A DNA stretch of 63,889 nucleotides, filler included, from Acidimicrobiia bacterium (GCA_029210695.1; 4 parts of 4 records of this genome joined end to end with filler, not necessarily neighbours in it); one strand, 5' to 3'; shown: positions 10,146 to 21,499, numbered from the whole stretch's first letter. Numbers and translations: made by a program. Notes: generated by a model not told the origin, from the letters alone.

Positions 10146-10967
10146 GTGAGAAAGCTATCCATCCTGGCGCTGGTTGGCGCTATGTCAATTGTCCTGGCAT
10201 TGCCAGGCGGGGCCATTACCAACGGTGAGCGCACCGACGACCACCCAGAGGTCGTTCTGATCATCATGGATGTCGACGGAGAACCTGCATACCGATGCTC
10301 CGGCGCGTTGATGAGTCCAACCATCGTATTGACCGCCGGCCACTGTGCAGGCGCCCCGGGCGAGTTCACCGGTCTCCGTGTGTTCACAGAGGCTGACGTC
10401 CAGAACGGCGACAACGACTACCCCTTTGGGGGCGGAAACAACACGATCGAGGTGAAGAACTGGGCGGCCCATCCGGACTATCCCGACTTCCCCTTCTTCG
10501 TCAACGACGTCGGCGTACTCGAGTTGGAGGAACCGTACGTAATCGATTCCAGCAACTATGCCAGTCTTCCCGAAGTGAATGCACTCGATGCGCTGAACAC
10601 GAGGCGCGGTCGGGAGAACGTGACATTCAATGCCGTCGGCTACGGTCTGCAGCGGATCAATCCCGTGTTTGTCGAGAGCGATCGTGCCAGGTATGAGGCA
10701 TCGCCTCGTCTGATCCAGATCAACGTCCCGGGATTCACCGGCGACTTCTCAATGCTGCTGTCGAACAACCATTCGACCGGGGGCACGTGTTTCGGCGACT
10801 CCGGGGGGCCAAACTACTTCGGCGACGGCACGGATCGTGTCGTGGCAGCGGTGACATCATTTGGGATCAACGGCAATTGCGCTGGTACCGGCGGAGTGTT
10901 CCGTGTGGATCGCGAGAACGTCCAGGAATTCATCTACGACTTCAGAGACAACCCCTACACGCCGTAG
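10146..10967 (+). CDS. Secreted trypsin-like (S1) serine protease
   Basis: Signal peptide; TAGHC, NDVGV, CFGDSGGP catalytic motifs. Confidence 0.92.
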   Translation: MRKLSILALVGAMSIVLALPGGAITNGERTDDHPEVVLIIMDVDGEPAYRCSGALMSPTIVLTAGHCAGAPGEFTGLRVFTEADVQNGDNDYPFGGGNNTIEVKNWAAHPDYPDFPFFVNDVGVLELEEPYVIDSSNYASLPEVNALDALNTRRGRENVTFNAVGYGLQRINPVFVESDRARYEASPRLIQINVPGFTGDFSMLLSNNHSTGGTCFGDSGGPNYFGDGTDRVVAAVTSFGINGNCAGTGGVFRVDRENVQEFIYDFRDNPYTP

Positions 10968-10986
10968 AAGCATGACACCCTAATGG

Positions 10987-11024
10987 GAAGGAGGGGCTCC
11001 ATCAGGAGCCCCTCCTTCTACTTT
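10987..11024 (+). terminator. Intrinsic terminator
   Basis: GAAGGAGGGGCTCC-ATCA-GGAGCCCCTCCTTC hairpin. Confidence 0.75.
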
Positions 11025-11100
11025 GCCGACCGCGCCGATCCAAGGCTCCACCGGTTCATTTCCTTCCACTCAATAGGAGACTTCTGGCGAGGGGTTTGGA

Positions 11101-11524
11101 CTAGAGGAGCACGGCCGTGGCGTCGCCTGGGTCGATACGGCGAAGACCCTCGACCTGGTCGAATCCTCGGTCTGGCTCACGATCACATCGATGCGCACCT
11201 CCATACAGGTAGCGACGTGCACCAGATCACGCGCCGACAGGTCCTCGTACTCGGCGAACAGAGCCGGCATACGTCGCATCATCCGCTCGGTGATCGGCAG
11301 CACCGGAGCGAACAGGTCGAGTATCGCTTTTGCCATTGCCGCACCCACATCCCGCCGCCCCGAGCCTGAGAAGCGATGGAGAATCTCTTGCACCACCTCC
11401 AGCGAGACGGCTGCATCGAGCCGACCGTCGACAACCGCATCGATCAACTCCCTGCACGGCTGTCGCATCGGATGCGACGCTCCTGCCGCGAACATGACAC
11501 ACCGGTGGCGAAGAACACCGTCAC
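11101..11524 (-). pseudogene. vapC: vapC PIN toxin pseudogene (two frameshifts)
   Basis: GTG start overlapping antitoxin stop gives MTVFFATGV, shifts to MFAAGASHP..EVVQEILHR..ARDLVHVA..IVS, shifts again to DRGFDQVEGLRRIDP..*; first catalytic Asp reads Ala. Confidence 0.8.
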
Positions 11525-11763
11525 GCCGTGGCTCCACGGAGGATCTCGTCCTTCATGACCTCCCAGTCGTCGACCGGAGCCTCGAGCGAAAACAGAAGCT
11601 CCGCCGCTTCGCTCCCTATTCGGATTGCCGGAACGGTGTATGCGTCTATCGCCTCGCGGATCAACGCTCCCATCGAGAGCTGTCGGTCCTCTGCCAGTCG
11701 TTCGAGCCGATGCCGCTGGGCAGGAGTGAGCAGCACCTGAGTTCGTTCAGAAAACATGTGCAT
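11521..11763 (-). CDS. vapB: RHH/CopG-type VapB antitoxin
   Basis: RTQVLLT..LERLA..SMGALIREAID ribbon-helix-helix pattern, directly upstream of the PIN gene. Confidence 0.8.
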   Translation of the reverse strand: MHMFSERTQVLLTPAQRHRLERLAEDRQLSMGALIREAIDAYTVPAIRIGSEAAELLFSLEAPVDDWEVMKDEILRGATA

Positions 11764-11789
11764 ATCAGACTATGCGTATGTTGTTCGGT

Positions 11790-12200
11790 CAGGGGTGACT
11801 GCCCCCCTACCTCCGCCTCCGCTCCGCTTCGGCGCAGGTACCTTCCCCCCCTGCGGGGGGACCGACCCGTCTACCCTTTCGCCTTACGCTCCGCTTCGAC
11901 GCAGAAACGCTCCCCCCTCCGGGGTGTCGGTTTGCGCGACGGGCCCGCCGTCTCAGCGGCGGCCATCCCATTACAGCGTGCTCTCCCGCTTGCGGGGGAG
12001 CTGTCCGGCGTAGCCGGACTGAGGGGGGTGTCCTGCGGGTCTCGTCCCGGTCCCACAGGTGTTCGGCCATTCCCCCTCCGCCCTGCTGCATCGGCAGCAG
12101 GCCACCTCCCCCAGCTGACGCTGGTGGAGGACGTTTCTGAGCGGCCACGTGTCGGACTCAAACCGCGACAGAACACCCTGGGGGGGACCGAACCCTCAGC
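11790..12200. repeat. Array of REP-like palindromic elements
   Basis: Several GC hairpins, e.g. CTCCCGCTTGCGGGGGAGCTGTCCGGCGTAGCCGGACTGAGGGG; one unit shared with 315-352. Confidence 0.6.
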
Positions 12201-12209
12201 CGCCCCGCC

Positions 12210-15200
12210 TTACGCTTCGGCGCCCAGTCCGGCGATCCGGGCCCGGCCGCGGCGGTATTCGAAGAAGATCATCCAGCCCGGGCTGCCCGGCGAGCGCACG
12301 CTCAAGTAGTGGTAGTTCTTGCATTCGGCCGGGATGAGGTGTGACCGCTCCAGCGGCGCATCCACGGCCAGCTCGTGGTTCGAAGACCGCCATGACTCCA
12401 GGAACAACTCCAGCAAGCTCGGCGCCTCTCCCCCGTGGTCGTTGGTGAGGATGTCCAGTACCTGGTCCCCCGGCACGTTCACGGCCTGCCCGTTGAGCGC
12501 AACGAACATGCCCCGTCCATCCAACAGCCCGGATCCGATCCCGCGACGGCGCAAACGGGCGAGACGATCCACCAGTCGGTTCGGGCGAAGGTCGCTGGCG
12601 AACTCGATCGAGTCGACATCCTCGGTCACGTTCGCCCGGTTGACCCATCCATGTCCGATGTCGGCAGAAACCGGGAGCCACACCGTGCCGGTTTCCGCAT
12701 CGCGCACCGGTCGCTCGATCGAGACGAGTCCCCTCGCATTTGGCAACAGCTTGAAGGCGACGGAACTCCGTTCAGACGGTTCGGTGTACACATTGAGTTT
12801 GTCCTCGGGCCCCACCCACACGACCGCCCAGTGGCGGCGTCTGGCCAGCAGCCCGGTTGCCCACGGAGTGCCACCGACGAGGAACCACAGTGCCGCGAAG
12901 AGCAGCAGCACCAGCGGCAGCTGCATGGCGGAGAGGCTCTGGAAGAACGCCTGGGTGAAAAGTCGTATCGCATGCGGAGTATCCAACGCCACCCTGGCGA
13001 GCGTCAGCGGTTCGGGCGGATCGATTTCGAGGAGGCCCGTTCCAACTATGCCGGAAAGACCGATAGCGGTGATCAGGGCTGAAGAGACAACTTCCGCCGA
13101 AACATCGACCACCGTCGTTGCCCCGTTCGGATCGGACACTGTGTAGGTGAAGTTGTCCGTCCCCACCCAGCCTGTGTGCGGGGTGTAGAGCACTTTGCCG
13201 TCGACGAGTTCGACGGTACCGTGCTCGCCCTGAGTGACCGACACGATCGTGAGGGTCTCGCCCTCTACGTCGTAGTCGTTGTGCAAGACGTCCAGAATGG
13301 ATGCAAGGTAGCTGGCCAGAACGATCACGTCCGAGCCGGCTCGCGGTGGATCATTGACCGGGTTCACAACCACCGAAACCGACCCCGACGCCACCGACCC
13401 GAACGAGTCGGTGAGCGAGTACCCGATCGACGCCTCACCGAACCAGTCGGCAGGCGGCAGGAATACGATTGCACCATGGTCGGCCGAGGCCGTGCCCGCC
13501 GCCGGTTGACGTGTTACCGCCAGCACGACCGGATCTCCCTCCGCATCGTATCCATCGGTGACCAGGATCCGGGCGACTCCGTCCTCGTTGATCACCGCCG
13601 TGTGATCTTCGGCCACCGGCGGCTGATTCAACACCGGGACCACGATTCGAACGGCCGCCCGGGAAGATCCGCCGCGGCCATCCGACACCTGGTAGATGAA
13701 TACGTCCTCGACGCCGCCCAGTCCGTCGTAGGTATAGGTGAACGAACCCGACGGGTTGAGCACCAACTCTCCGAAGTTCGGGGCCGACACCAGGGTCACC
13801 GTCAGTGCGTCGCCGTCAATGTCCGTGTCGTTGCCCATGACGCCCGGGGCCGGCACGCCGATCTCCCCCACATCATTGACCGTGTAGCGATCATCGACGG
13901 CAATCGGCGGCGAGTTAGGCACGACCACGGAGACCAGCCGTATGGCCGTTGCCGGGTTCCCGGAGGAATCGACCACCGAGTAGAAGATTGGATAGGTGCC
14001 GGCCGCAGCCAGATTCAACGCGCTCACGTCCACGACGATCGACCCGGAGATGGTGCCGTCGAATCCGTCGATAGCGCTGGCACCCGGCTCGAGATAGATG
14101 CCCCCGACGAACAGCGACAGCGGATTGGGGCCGACCAACGTGATAACCGGAGGGGTGGTATCCACCACGCGCACCGTCCGGGTCACCGTCGGCGCCAGAT
14201 TACCTTCTGAATCCGCCACGTTGTATGTGACCGGGTAGGAGCCGAGTCTCGACGTGTTCACCAGTGAGGCGTTGACGACGATCGACCCGGAGATATCACC
14301 ATCGTACGCATCGAACGCTGACGCGCCCGGATCCACAAACGGAGATCCCGCCTCGAGCACGAGTGGGTTCGCCCCGAGGAGGCTGATCGCCGGGGCAGTT
14401 GCGTCGACGACGTTCACGGTGCGAGTGACTCGCACTGCCGCGTTGCCTGCCGCATCCGAGACGTCGTAGGTCACCGGGTATGGTCCAACCACCGCGGGGT
14501 TCACCGCCGAGGCGTCGATCACGATGGCGGAGGACAGATTGCCGTCGTTGGCGTCGAATGCCGTCGCTCCGAGTTCGGCATATGTAGCGCCCACCTGAAT
14601 GGTCTGAGGGTTCGCCCCGATGAGAGTGATCACCGGCAGTCCGGTGTCGACCACGTCCACGACCCTGACGGCACTCGACGGATTACCGGCGGCATCCGTG
14701 ACGTCGTAGATAACAGCGTAGGAGCCGACCGCGGTTGTGTTCACCACCCCGCTATTGATCACAATCGACGCGGTCACGTCCCCGTCGTAGTTGTCGAACG
14801 CGGTTGCACCCAACTCCGAATAGACGGAGCCCACCTCGATGGTCTGCGGGTTCGCCCCGATGAGAGTGATCACCGGGATGGTGGTGTCCACCACATTCAC
14901 CATGCGGACCACCGTGGCTGCTGGGTTGCCGTTTGTGTCCGAAACGTCATAAGTGATGGTGTGGGCGCCGACAACCGCAGTGTTCACCGGGTTCACTGTG
15001 ACAATCGAACCGGTCAGATCGCCGTCGCCGATGTCGAAGGCGGTCGCACCAGCATCCACATACGGGCTGCCCACTTCGATCGTCACCGGATCAGCACCCA
15101 CCAGAGTGATCACCGGCACCGTTGTGTCCACCACATTGACCGTGCGGGTCACGGTGACAGCCGCATTGCCCTGCAAATCGGCAACATCGTAGGTAACCGT

Positions 15201-17362
15201 GTATGCACCAACTGTCGAGGCATCGACGCCGGTGGCGTCAATCACGATGTGCCCCGATAGGTCCCCGTCATAGTTGTCCAACGCGGTCGCACCCAACTCG
15301 GTGTATCCAGTGCCGACTTCGATAGTCTGCGGACTCGCACCTAGCCGAGTGATCACTGGGACGGTGGTGTCAACCACATTGACCGTCCGGGTCACAGCGG
15401 CAGCAGCGTTGCCGTTGGCATCCGAAACGTCATACGTGATGGTGTAGGCACCGACCACTCCAGTGTTGACCGACGTGGCGTCAATCACGATGCTGCCCGA
15501 TAGGTCCCCGTCGTAGTTGTCCAGCGCCGTCGCACCCAACTCCAAATACGCGGTGCCGACCTCAATCACCTGCGGATTCGCACCAGTCAGCGTGATAGCC
15601 GGGATGGTGGTGTCAACCACGTTGACGGTGCGAGTCAGCTGAACAGCAGCATTTCCTTGTGAGTCGACAACGTCATACGTCACCCCATACGTGCCAACCA
15701 CCCCAGGGTCGACCGGGTTGACCGTCACAATCGATGCCGTCAGGTTGCCGTCACCGATGTCGAAGGCGGTGGCACCGGGATCCAGATACGCGGACCCGAC
15801 TTCAACTGTCACGGGCGACACACCCAGCATGATGATGACCGGAACACCTGTATCAACCACGTCCACGGTTCGGGTCACCTGCACTGCCGCGTTGCCGTTG
15901 GCATCGGTCACGTCATAGGTCACCGAGTAGGAACCGACGACTGCCGTGTCTACTGCGGATGCGTCAATCGAGATCGAGCCGGACAGGTCCCCGTCGTAAT
16001 TGTCAGAAGCAGTCGCACCCAACTCGGCATAGGGGCTGCCAACCTCAATGGTTTGCGGGTTCGCACCAGACAGTGTGACGACCGGAATGGTCGTATCGAC
16101 CACGTCGACCGTGCGGGTCACGGTGACAGCCGCGTTGCCATTGATGTCGGAGACGTCGTAGGTCACGACATAGGAACCAACAGTGTTGGTGACACCGGTC
16201 GCATCGATCACGATTATTCCCGAGATATCTCCGTCATAGTTATCAGAAGCAGTCGCCCCCAACTCCACATACGGGCTACCGACCTCGATCGTCTGCGGAT
16301 CCGCACCAGACAGTGTGATCACCGGCACCGTTGTGTCGACCACGTCGACTGTGCGGGTCACGGTCACGGCGTTGTTGCCGTTGGCATCGGTAACGTCGTA
16401 GGTCACGACGTAGGAAGCAACCGTGTTGGTATCAACACCGGTCGCATCGATGAGGATGCTGCCCGAGATATCCCCGTCATAGTTATCAGAAGCAGAAGCT
16501 CCGAGCTCGGTATAGGAGCTACCGACCTCAATGGTTTGCGGGTTCGCACCAGTCAACGCGACAACCGGGATTGTCGTATCCACCACATTGACCGTACGGA
16601 TCGCCGAACCGGGATTCCCGGCGGCGTCCGTCACGTCATAAAACACAGGATACGAACCAACCACCGAGGTATTCACTGCAGTGGCGTTGATCACGATCGA
16701 ACCTGAAATATCCCCGTCATAGGTGTCAGAAGCAGTCGCCCCCAACTCGACATACGGGCTACCGACCTCGATCGTCTGCGGGTTGGCTCCTGTCAACGAG
16801 ATCACCGGCACTGTCGTATCCACAACATCCACAATCCGGGACACGGTGACAGCCGCATTCCCGTTCGCATCCGAAACGTCATAGGTGACCGTGTAGGAAC
16901 CAACGACTGCCGTGCTTACTGCGGATGCGTCAATCGCGATCGAGCCGGGCAGGTCCCCGTCATAGTTATCAGAAGCCGTAGCCCCCAACTCCACATACGG
17001 CGACCCGACCTCGACGATCTGCGGGTTCGCACCAGACAGTGCGATCACCGGCACCGTTGTGTCGACCACATCCACCGCCCGGGTCACCTGAACAGCCGCA
17101 TTCCCGCTCGCATCCGAAACGTCATAAGTAACGACATAGCTGCCGACGACCGCAGTGTTCACCGGGTTCACGGTGATAATTGACCCGGTCAGGTTGCCGT
17201 CACCAATATCAAAGGCGGTCGCTCCGGCATCCACATACGGGCTCCCCACTTCGATCGTCACCGGATCCGCACCAGACAGTGTGATCACCGGCACCGTTGT
17301 GTCGACCACGTCGACTGTGCGGGTCACGGTCACGGCGTTGTTGCCGTTGGCATCGGTAACGT
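12210..17362 (-). pseudogene. Giant Ig-like repeat surface protein (DUF5011/HYR-like x14, three Big_9/cadherin-like domains, TM helix, C-terminal domain), 5' part cut by ISL3
   Basis: 14 complete ~80-aa DTTxPVITLxG..VTRTVxVV repeats; NxPPxAxDD domains; the ORF's ATG at 17369 lies inside the IS end; no signal peptide. Confidence 0.8.
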
Positions 17363-17438
17363 GGCTCATCGGATTTCAGCGGGGTGTGATGGTGGCGAGT
17401 AGATTCCAGTTGGGTTTTCCGGCGTAGAGGAGGGCTCT
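17363..17438 (-). mobile_element. ISL3-family IS right end, inserted in the Ig-repeat gene
   Basis: Exact reverse complement of 1-76. Confidence 0.85.
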
Positions 17439-17538
17439 NNNNNNNNNNNNNNNNNNNNNNNNNNNNNNNNNNNNNNNNNNNNTTAATTAATTAANNNNNN
17501 NNNNNNNNNNNNNNNNNNNNNNNNNNNNNNNNNNNNNN
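17439..17538. other. Artificial contig linker
   Basis: N-run with TTAATTAATTAA, identical design at all three gaps. Confidence 0.95.
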
Positions 17539-17615
17539 CAACGGAGGCTTCGACATGACTCTCCTTCAGATCAGGTCCCAACAATGACCTGTCCCACAAA
17601 TCATGACACGCGGCA
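17539..17615 (-). mobile_element. Probable IS left end (IS3-like)
   Basis: Minus strand begins TGCCGCGTGTCATG.., then GAAGGAG RBS and ATG (MSKPPL..) running into the gap; same ~77-nt contig-end length as the other IS ends. Confidence 0.5.
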
Positions 17616-17712
17616 TGAACCCCATAGACGGTCTACAAACCGCCAACGATGTCCTGGACCTTCCCCCCTATAACCTATTACCTCGTACCGGTTTCCTGGT
17701 ACCTTCTTGGCC

Positions 17713-18864
17713 ATGATTCGATTCCTCACCGCCGGTGAATCGCACGGTCCGGGCCTCGTCGCCATCGTCGAAGGACTCCCGGCCGGCCTGCCCTTTTCCA
17801 CCGGGGAGCTCTCGGTCGAACTGGCGCGGCGTCGCATGGGCTACGGACGCGGGAATCGAATGAAGCTCGAAAAGGACGAACTCGAGGTGCTGGGTGGGAT
17901 CCGTCACGGTTTCACGCTGGGTAGCCCCGTGGCCGTCCTGATACGCAACACCGAGTGGCCGCGCTGGGCCGAGGAGATGTCGGCAGAACCGGCACAGCCC
18001 AAACGGCCACTGACCACGCCGCGCCCCGGCCATGCGGATCTCGCCGGGATGCTCAAATACGACACCCACGACGCCAGGGATGTTCTCGAGCGATCGTCGG
18101 CTCGCGAAACGGCGGCGCGGACCATCGTTGGATACCTGTGCAAGCAGTTACTCTCCCTGGTCGACGTCGAGGTCGTGAGCCACGTGGTCGCCATCGGTTC
18201 GGTGGAGACATCCGCTGGATCAGTTCCGACCCCGGCCGATCGCCGGGCCATCGATGATTCACCGGTGCGGGTGTTCGATCCGACCGCAGAGCAGTCGATG
18301 ATTGCCGAGATCGAGGCGGCCAAAGCCGATCGCGACACGCTCGGCGGCATAGTTGAGGTCATCGCATACGGGTTACCGGCCGGGATCGGCAGCCATGTGC
18401 ATTGGGATCGAAAGATCGACGCCCTGCTGGCCGAAGCGCTCATGTCGATTCAAGCGATCAAGGCGGTTGAGGTGGGGGACGGATTTGCCACGGCGCGCGA
18501 GCGTGGCTCGACGGCGCACGACGAGATCTTCTACGAAGACGGCTCGTGGCGTCGTAATCGCGATCGAGCCGGCGGCACCGAAGGCGGGATGTCGACCGGA
18601 CAGCCTTTGCGCGTTCGGGCCGCCATGAAGCCAATCGCCACATTGATGCGCCCTTTGGCGAGCGTTGATGTCACCACCAAGGAAGCGGACGTCGCATTCC
18701 GAGAACGTTCCGACATATGCGCGGTCCCAGCTGCCGCCGTTGTGGCCGAGCAAATGGTCGCATTCGTTCTGGCCGCCGAGATGCAACGCTCTTTTGGTGG
18801 TGACACGGTGGATGACTTCCGGCAGACCGTCGATGCGTACAGGGCCCGGCTCGACGCCTTCTGA
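17713..18864 (+). CDS. aroC: Chorismate synthase
   Basis: FLTAGESHG, PRPGHAD, ERSSARETA, ERSD motifs. Confidence 0.97.
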   Translation: MIRFLTAGESHGPGLVAIVEGLPAGLPFSTGELSVELARRRMGYGRGNRMKLEKDELEVLGGIRHGFTLGSPVAVLIRNTEWPRWAEEMSAEPAQPKRPLTTPRPGHADLAGMLKYDTHDARDVLERSSARETAARTIVGYLCKQLLSLVDVEVVSHVVAIGSVETSAGSVPTPADRRAIDDSPVRVFDPTAEQSMIAEIEAAKADRDTLGGIVEVIAYGLPAGIGSHVHWDRKIDALLAEALMSIQAIKAVEVGDGFATARERGSTAHDEIFYEDGSWRRNRDRAGGTEGGMSTGQPLRVRAAMKPIATLMRPLASVDVTTKEADVAFRERSDICAVPAAAVVAEQMVAFVLAAEMQRSFGGDTVDDFRQTVDAYRARLDAF

Positions 18865-19373
18865 TGGCGCACCTGTGGCTGATCGGCATGATGGGATCCG
18901 GCAAGACGGTGGTCGGCCGGCGCATCGCCGAGTTGACCGGTTGTCGTTTCGTTGACACCGACGTCCGGGTCGTTTCGGAGGCGGGCAGGTCGATTGCCGA
19001 GATGTTCGAAGGCGACGGAGAGGCATCGTTTCGAGAAGCCGAGGCCGCGGTGTTGAACCGCCTGGCCGGCGAGAGAGACACGGTGGTGGCGACCGGCGGT
19101 GGAATCGTCCTCAGTGACGCGAATATCGACCTGATTCGTGCCACCGGGACCGTTGTCTATCTCGCTGCTCGTCCGGCGACACTGGCGAGGCGGATCGGTG
19201 ACGAACCTGGCCGGCCGCTGCTGGTCACCGCAGATCGTTTGACCGTCCTGACAGAGGTCCTGGCGGCTCGAAGCGGACTGTACGATCGTGCCTGCCACGG
19301 GGTAATAGAAACCGATGATCTCACCCCAGATCAGGTTGCGGGGGAGGCAATCGTCCGATGGAACAGATTCTGA
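18864..19373 (+). CDS. aroK: Shikimate kinase
   Basis: GMMGSGKT, FREAE, ATGGG, RPLL. Confidence 0.95.
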   Translation: MAHLWLIGMMGSGKTVVGRRIAELTGCRFVDTDVRVVSEAGRSIAEMFEGDGEASFREAEAAVLNRLAGERDTVVATGGGIVLSDANIDLIRATGTVVYLAARPATLARRIGDEPGRPLLVTADRLTVLTEVLAARSGLYDRACHGVIETDDLTPDQVAGEAIVRWNRF

Positions 19374-20386
19374 TCAACGAGAGATCTGAGATTCTGATCG
19401 GGCGCGGAACGCCGGATCCCTTTCTGCCACCGCGGACGTCACGCACGCAAGCGGCGGTCCTTGCCCAGCCTGGAGCGGGCGAAGTCGCCGACCGCACGAT
19501 CCGGGCGATTCGATCCGGTGGAACGCCTGCGACGCTGAAGGTCATGCCGGACGGTGATGCCGTCAAGGACATGCAGGTGGCCTCGTCGACGTACGAGTGG
19601 CTCGCCGAACTCAACATCGGCCGGCACGACACGATCGTAGGGGTCGGAGGTGGAGCCATCACTGATTTTGCCGGGTTCATCGCCGGGACGTGGTTGCGAG
19701 GTGTCGAAGCCGTCTATCAATCGACGACGCTCCTGGGCGCCGTAGACGCCTCTGTAGGAGGAAAGACCGGCCTCAACTTGAGAGGTAAGAACCTCATCGG
19801 CCTGTTCCGCCATCCGAGCAGAGTGGTGATCGATGTCAACGGGATCGAGCAACTGCCGGAGCATCTCCTTCGGGAAGGCTTCGCCGAAGCCATCAAGGCG
19901 GGGTTCATCGCCGACCCGGGCCTGGTGGACCTATTCGACCGCAGCGGCGGTCAACCCGACCTGACCCAGGTCATCACCCGGGCAGTGCGAGTGAAGGTCG
20001 ACGTAGTGTCCGCCGACTTCCGCGAAGAGGGGAGGAGAGGCATTCTCAACTACGGGCACACAATCGGACACGGAATCGAAGTCGCGGCCGGTATTTCGCA
20101 CGGCGAAGCCGTGGCGATCGGGATGGTGGCGGCGGGTGCAGTCAGCGAAATCCGATGTGGGTTCCGCGGCGCGGCTCGACAGCGAGGCTTGCTGGAACAG
20201 CTCGGCCTTCCAGTCGTCTCACCCGGTGTGGATCTCGACCAGGTGCGCCGTCTCATCGGTCTCGACAAGAAGCGTGATGCAGAGGGGCTGCGGATGGCAC
20301 TCCTCGAGGACTTCGGCCGGACGAAACTCGTGTACGTCACCGATGACGATATCTCAGTGGGGCTGGCGGCGGTCGGACTGGTCTGA
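19358..20386 (+). CDS. aroB: 3-dehydroquinate synthase
   Basis: GGGAITD, DASVGGKT, LNYGHTIGH, HGEAVAIG. Confidence 0.95.
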   Translation: MEQILINERSEILIGRGTPDPFLPPRTSRTQAAVLAQPGAGEVADRTIRAIRSGGTPATLKVMPDGDAVKDMQVASSTYEWLAELNIGRHDTIVGVGGGAITDFAGFIAGTWLRGVEAVYQSTTLLGAVDASVGGKTGLNLRGKNLIGLFRHPSRVVIDVNGIEQLPEHLLREGFAEAIKAGFIADPGLVDLFDRSGGQPDLTQVITRAVRVKVDVVSADFREEGRRGILNYGHTIGHGIEVAAGISHGEAVAIGMVAAGAVSEIRCGFRGAARQRGLLEQLGLPVVSPGVDLDQVRRLIGLDKKRDAEGLRMALLEDFGRTKLVYVTDDDISVGLAAVGLV

Positions 20387-20527
20387 CCGCCGGAAGGAGG
20401 AGATGCCTGGAGGGTGATGTCCGGGTGCCGGCTCACCACTCAGAACGCACGATTGGGAACCCCCGTCGGCCGGCCACCCGGGGTTGCGGGTTACACTGCT
20501 GCCGCCGAAGCTCCGAGGTATCCGCCA

Positions 20528-21085
20528 ATGATCTCCACGAACGAAGTAAAGCCGGGAATGGCGTTGCAGCTCGACAACGGTCTATTCAATATCGTCGAGT
20601 ACCAGCATGTCAAGCCCGGCAAGGGTAAGGCGTTTGTTCGTATGAAGCTCAAGAACGTCGAGACCGGAGCCGTCCTCGACCGGACGTTTCGCGCTGGTGA
20701 AGACGTCGACAGAGCGATCATCGAGCGGAAAGATCACCAGTACCTCTTCCGCGATGACATGGGATTCCACTTCATGGACCTCGAAACGTACGGCCAGTTC
20801 GCCGTCTCGACGGATCTGATCGGTGACGATGAGCGCTTCATGGTTGAGGGGATGACCGTTGTGCTGGCGATGTACGAGGGAACACCCATCGGTGTCGACC
20901 TCCCTGCCGCGGTGGAACTGAAGGTCACGGAATCCGAACCGGCCGTCAAGGGAGATCGCGTATCGGGCGCCACGAAACCGGTCACGGTCGAGACGGGCCT
21001 GGTCGTACAGGTTCCCCTCTTTGTCGACTCGGGCGATGTGATCAAGGTCGATACCCGCAGCGGCGCCTACCTCACTCGCGCGTGA
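20528..21085 (+). CDS. efp: Elongation factor P
   Basis: HVKPGKG loop, ETGLVVQVPLFV, KVDTRSG. Confidence 0.97.
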   Translation: MISTNEVKPGMALQLDNGLFNIVEYQHVKPGKGKAFVRMKLKNVETGAVLDRTFRAGEDVDRAIIERKDHQYLFRDDMGFHFMDLETYGQFAVSTDLIGDDERFMVEGMTVVLAMYEGTPIGVDLPAAVELKVTESEPAVKGDRVSGATKPVTVETGLVVQVPLFVDSGDVIKVDTRSGAYLTRA

Positions 21086-21459
21086 ACGTCGAGCCGCGCG
21101 ACATAGCGCTTCAACACCTGTACGAGGCAGAACAGCGAAAGGCTGATCACGTGGACATCGACAACGTGTCCACCAAGGCAAACCGGATCATCCGGGGCGT
21201 ACTCGAACACAAAGCCACCCTCGATCGATCCATCGAAGAGGCTTCAGAACACTGGAGCCTCGAACGGATGCCGCCCGTCGATCGCACCGTGTTACGTATC
21301 GGGCTCTACGAACTTCGATATGAACGAGATGTCCCCCAAGCGGTGATCGTGTCTGAGGCAGTTCGACTGGCCAAGACTTACTCCACAGAGCGAAGCGGTG
21401 CTTTCGTGAACGGGGTGCTCGGTCATCTGGCGAGAGCAGAGCGTTCAACCGAGGAGTGA
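21082..21459 (+). CDS. nusB: Transcription antitermination factor NusB
   Basis: WSLERMPPVDRTVLR, EAVRLAK, FVNGVL. Confidence 0.95.
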   Translation: MNVEPRDIALQHLYEAEQRKADHVDIDNVSTKANRIIRGVLEHKATLDRSIEEASEHWSLERMPPVDRTVLRIGLYELRYERDVPQAVIVSEAVRLAKTYSTERSGAFVNGVLGHLARAERSTEE

Positions 21460-21499
21460 TCCCCGGTCGCGGCCGGGATCGGTGCTACGCTGCCGCCGA

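Noticed and set aside
11191..12309. 372-aa plus-strand ORF
   Set aside because: Spans antisense vapBC and the REP-like array; low-complexity translation
14150..17362. DNA repeats as a DGR template or non-coding array
   Set aside because: In-frame ~240-bp protein domain repeats with codon-type divergence, not adenine-specific variation
17439..17538. TTAATTAATTAA motif within N-runs (also at 34918 and 52323)
   Set aside because: Artificial all-frame-stop linker; contigs appear size-ordered, so no cross-gap linkage is claimed
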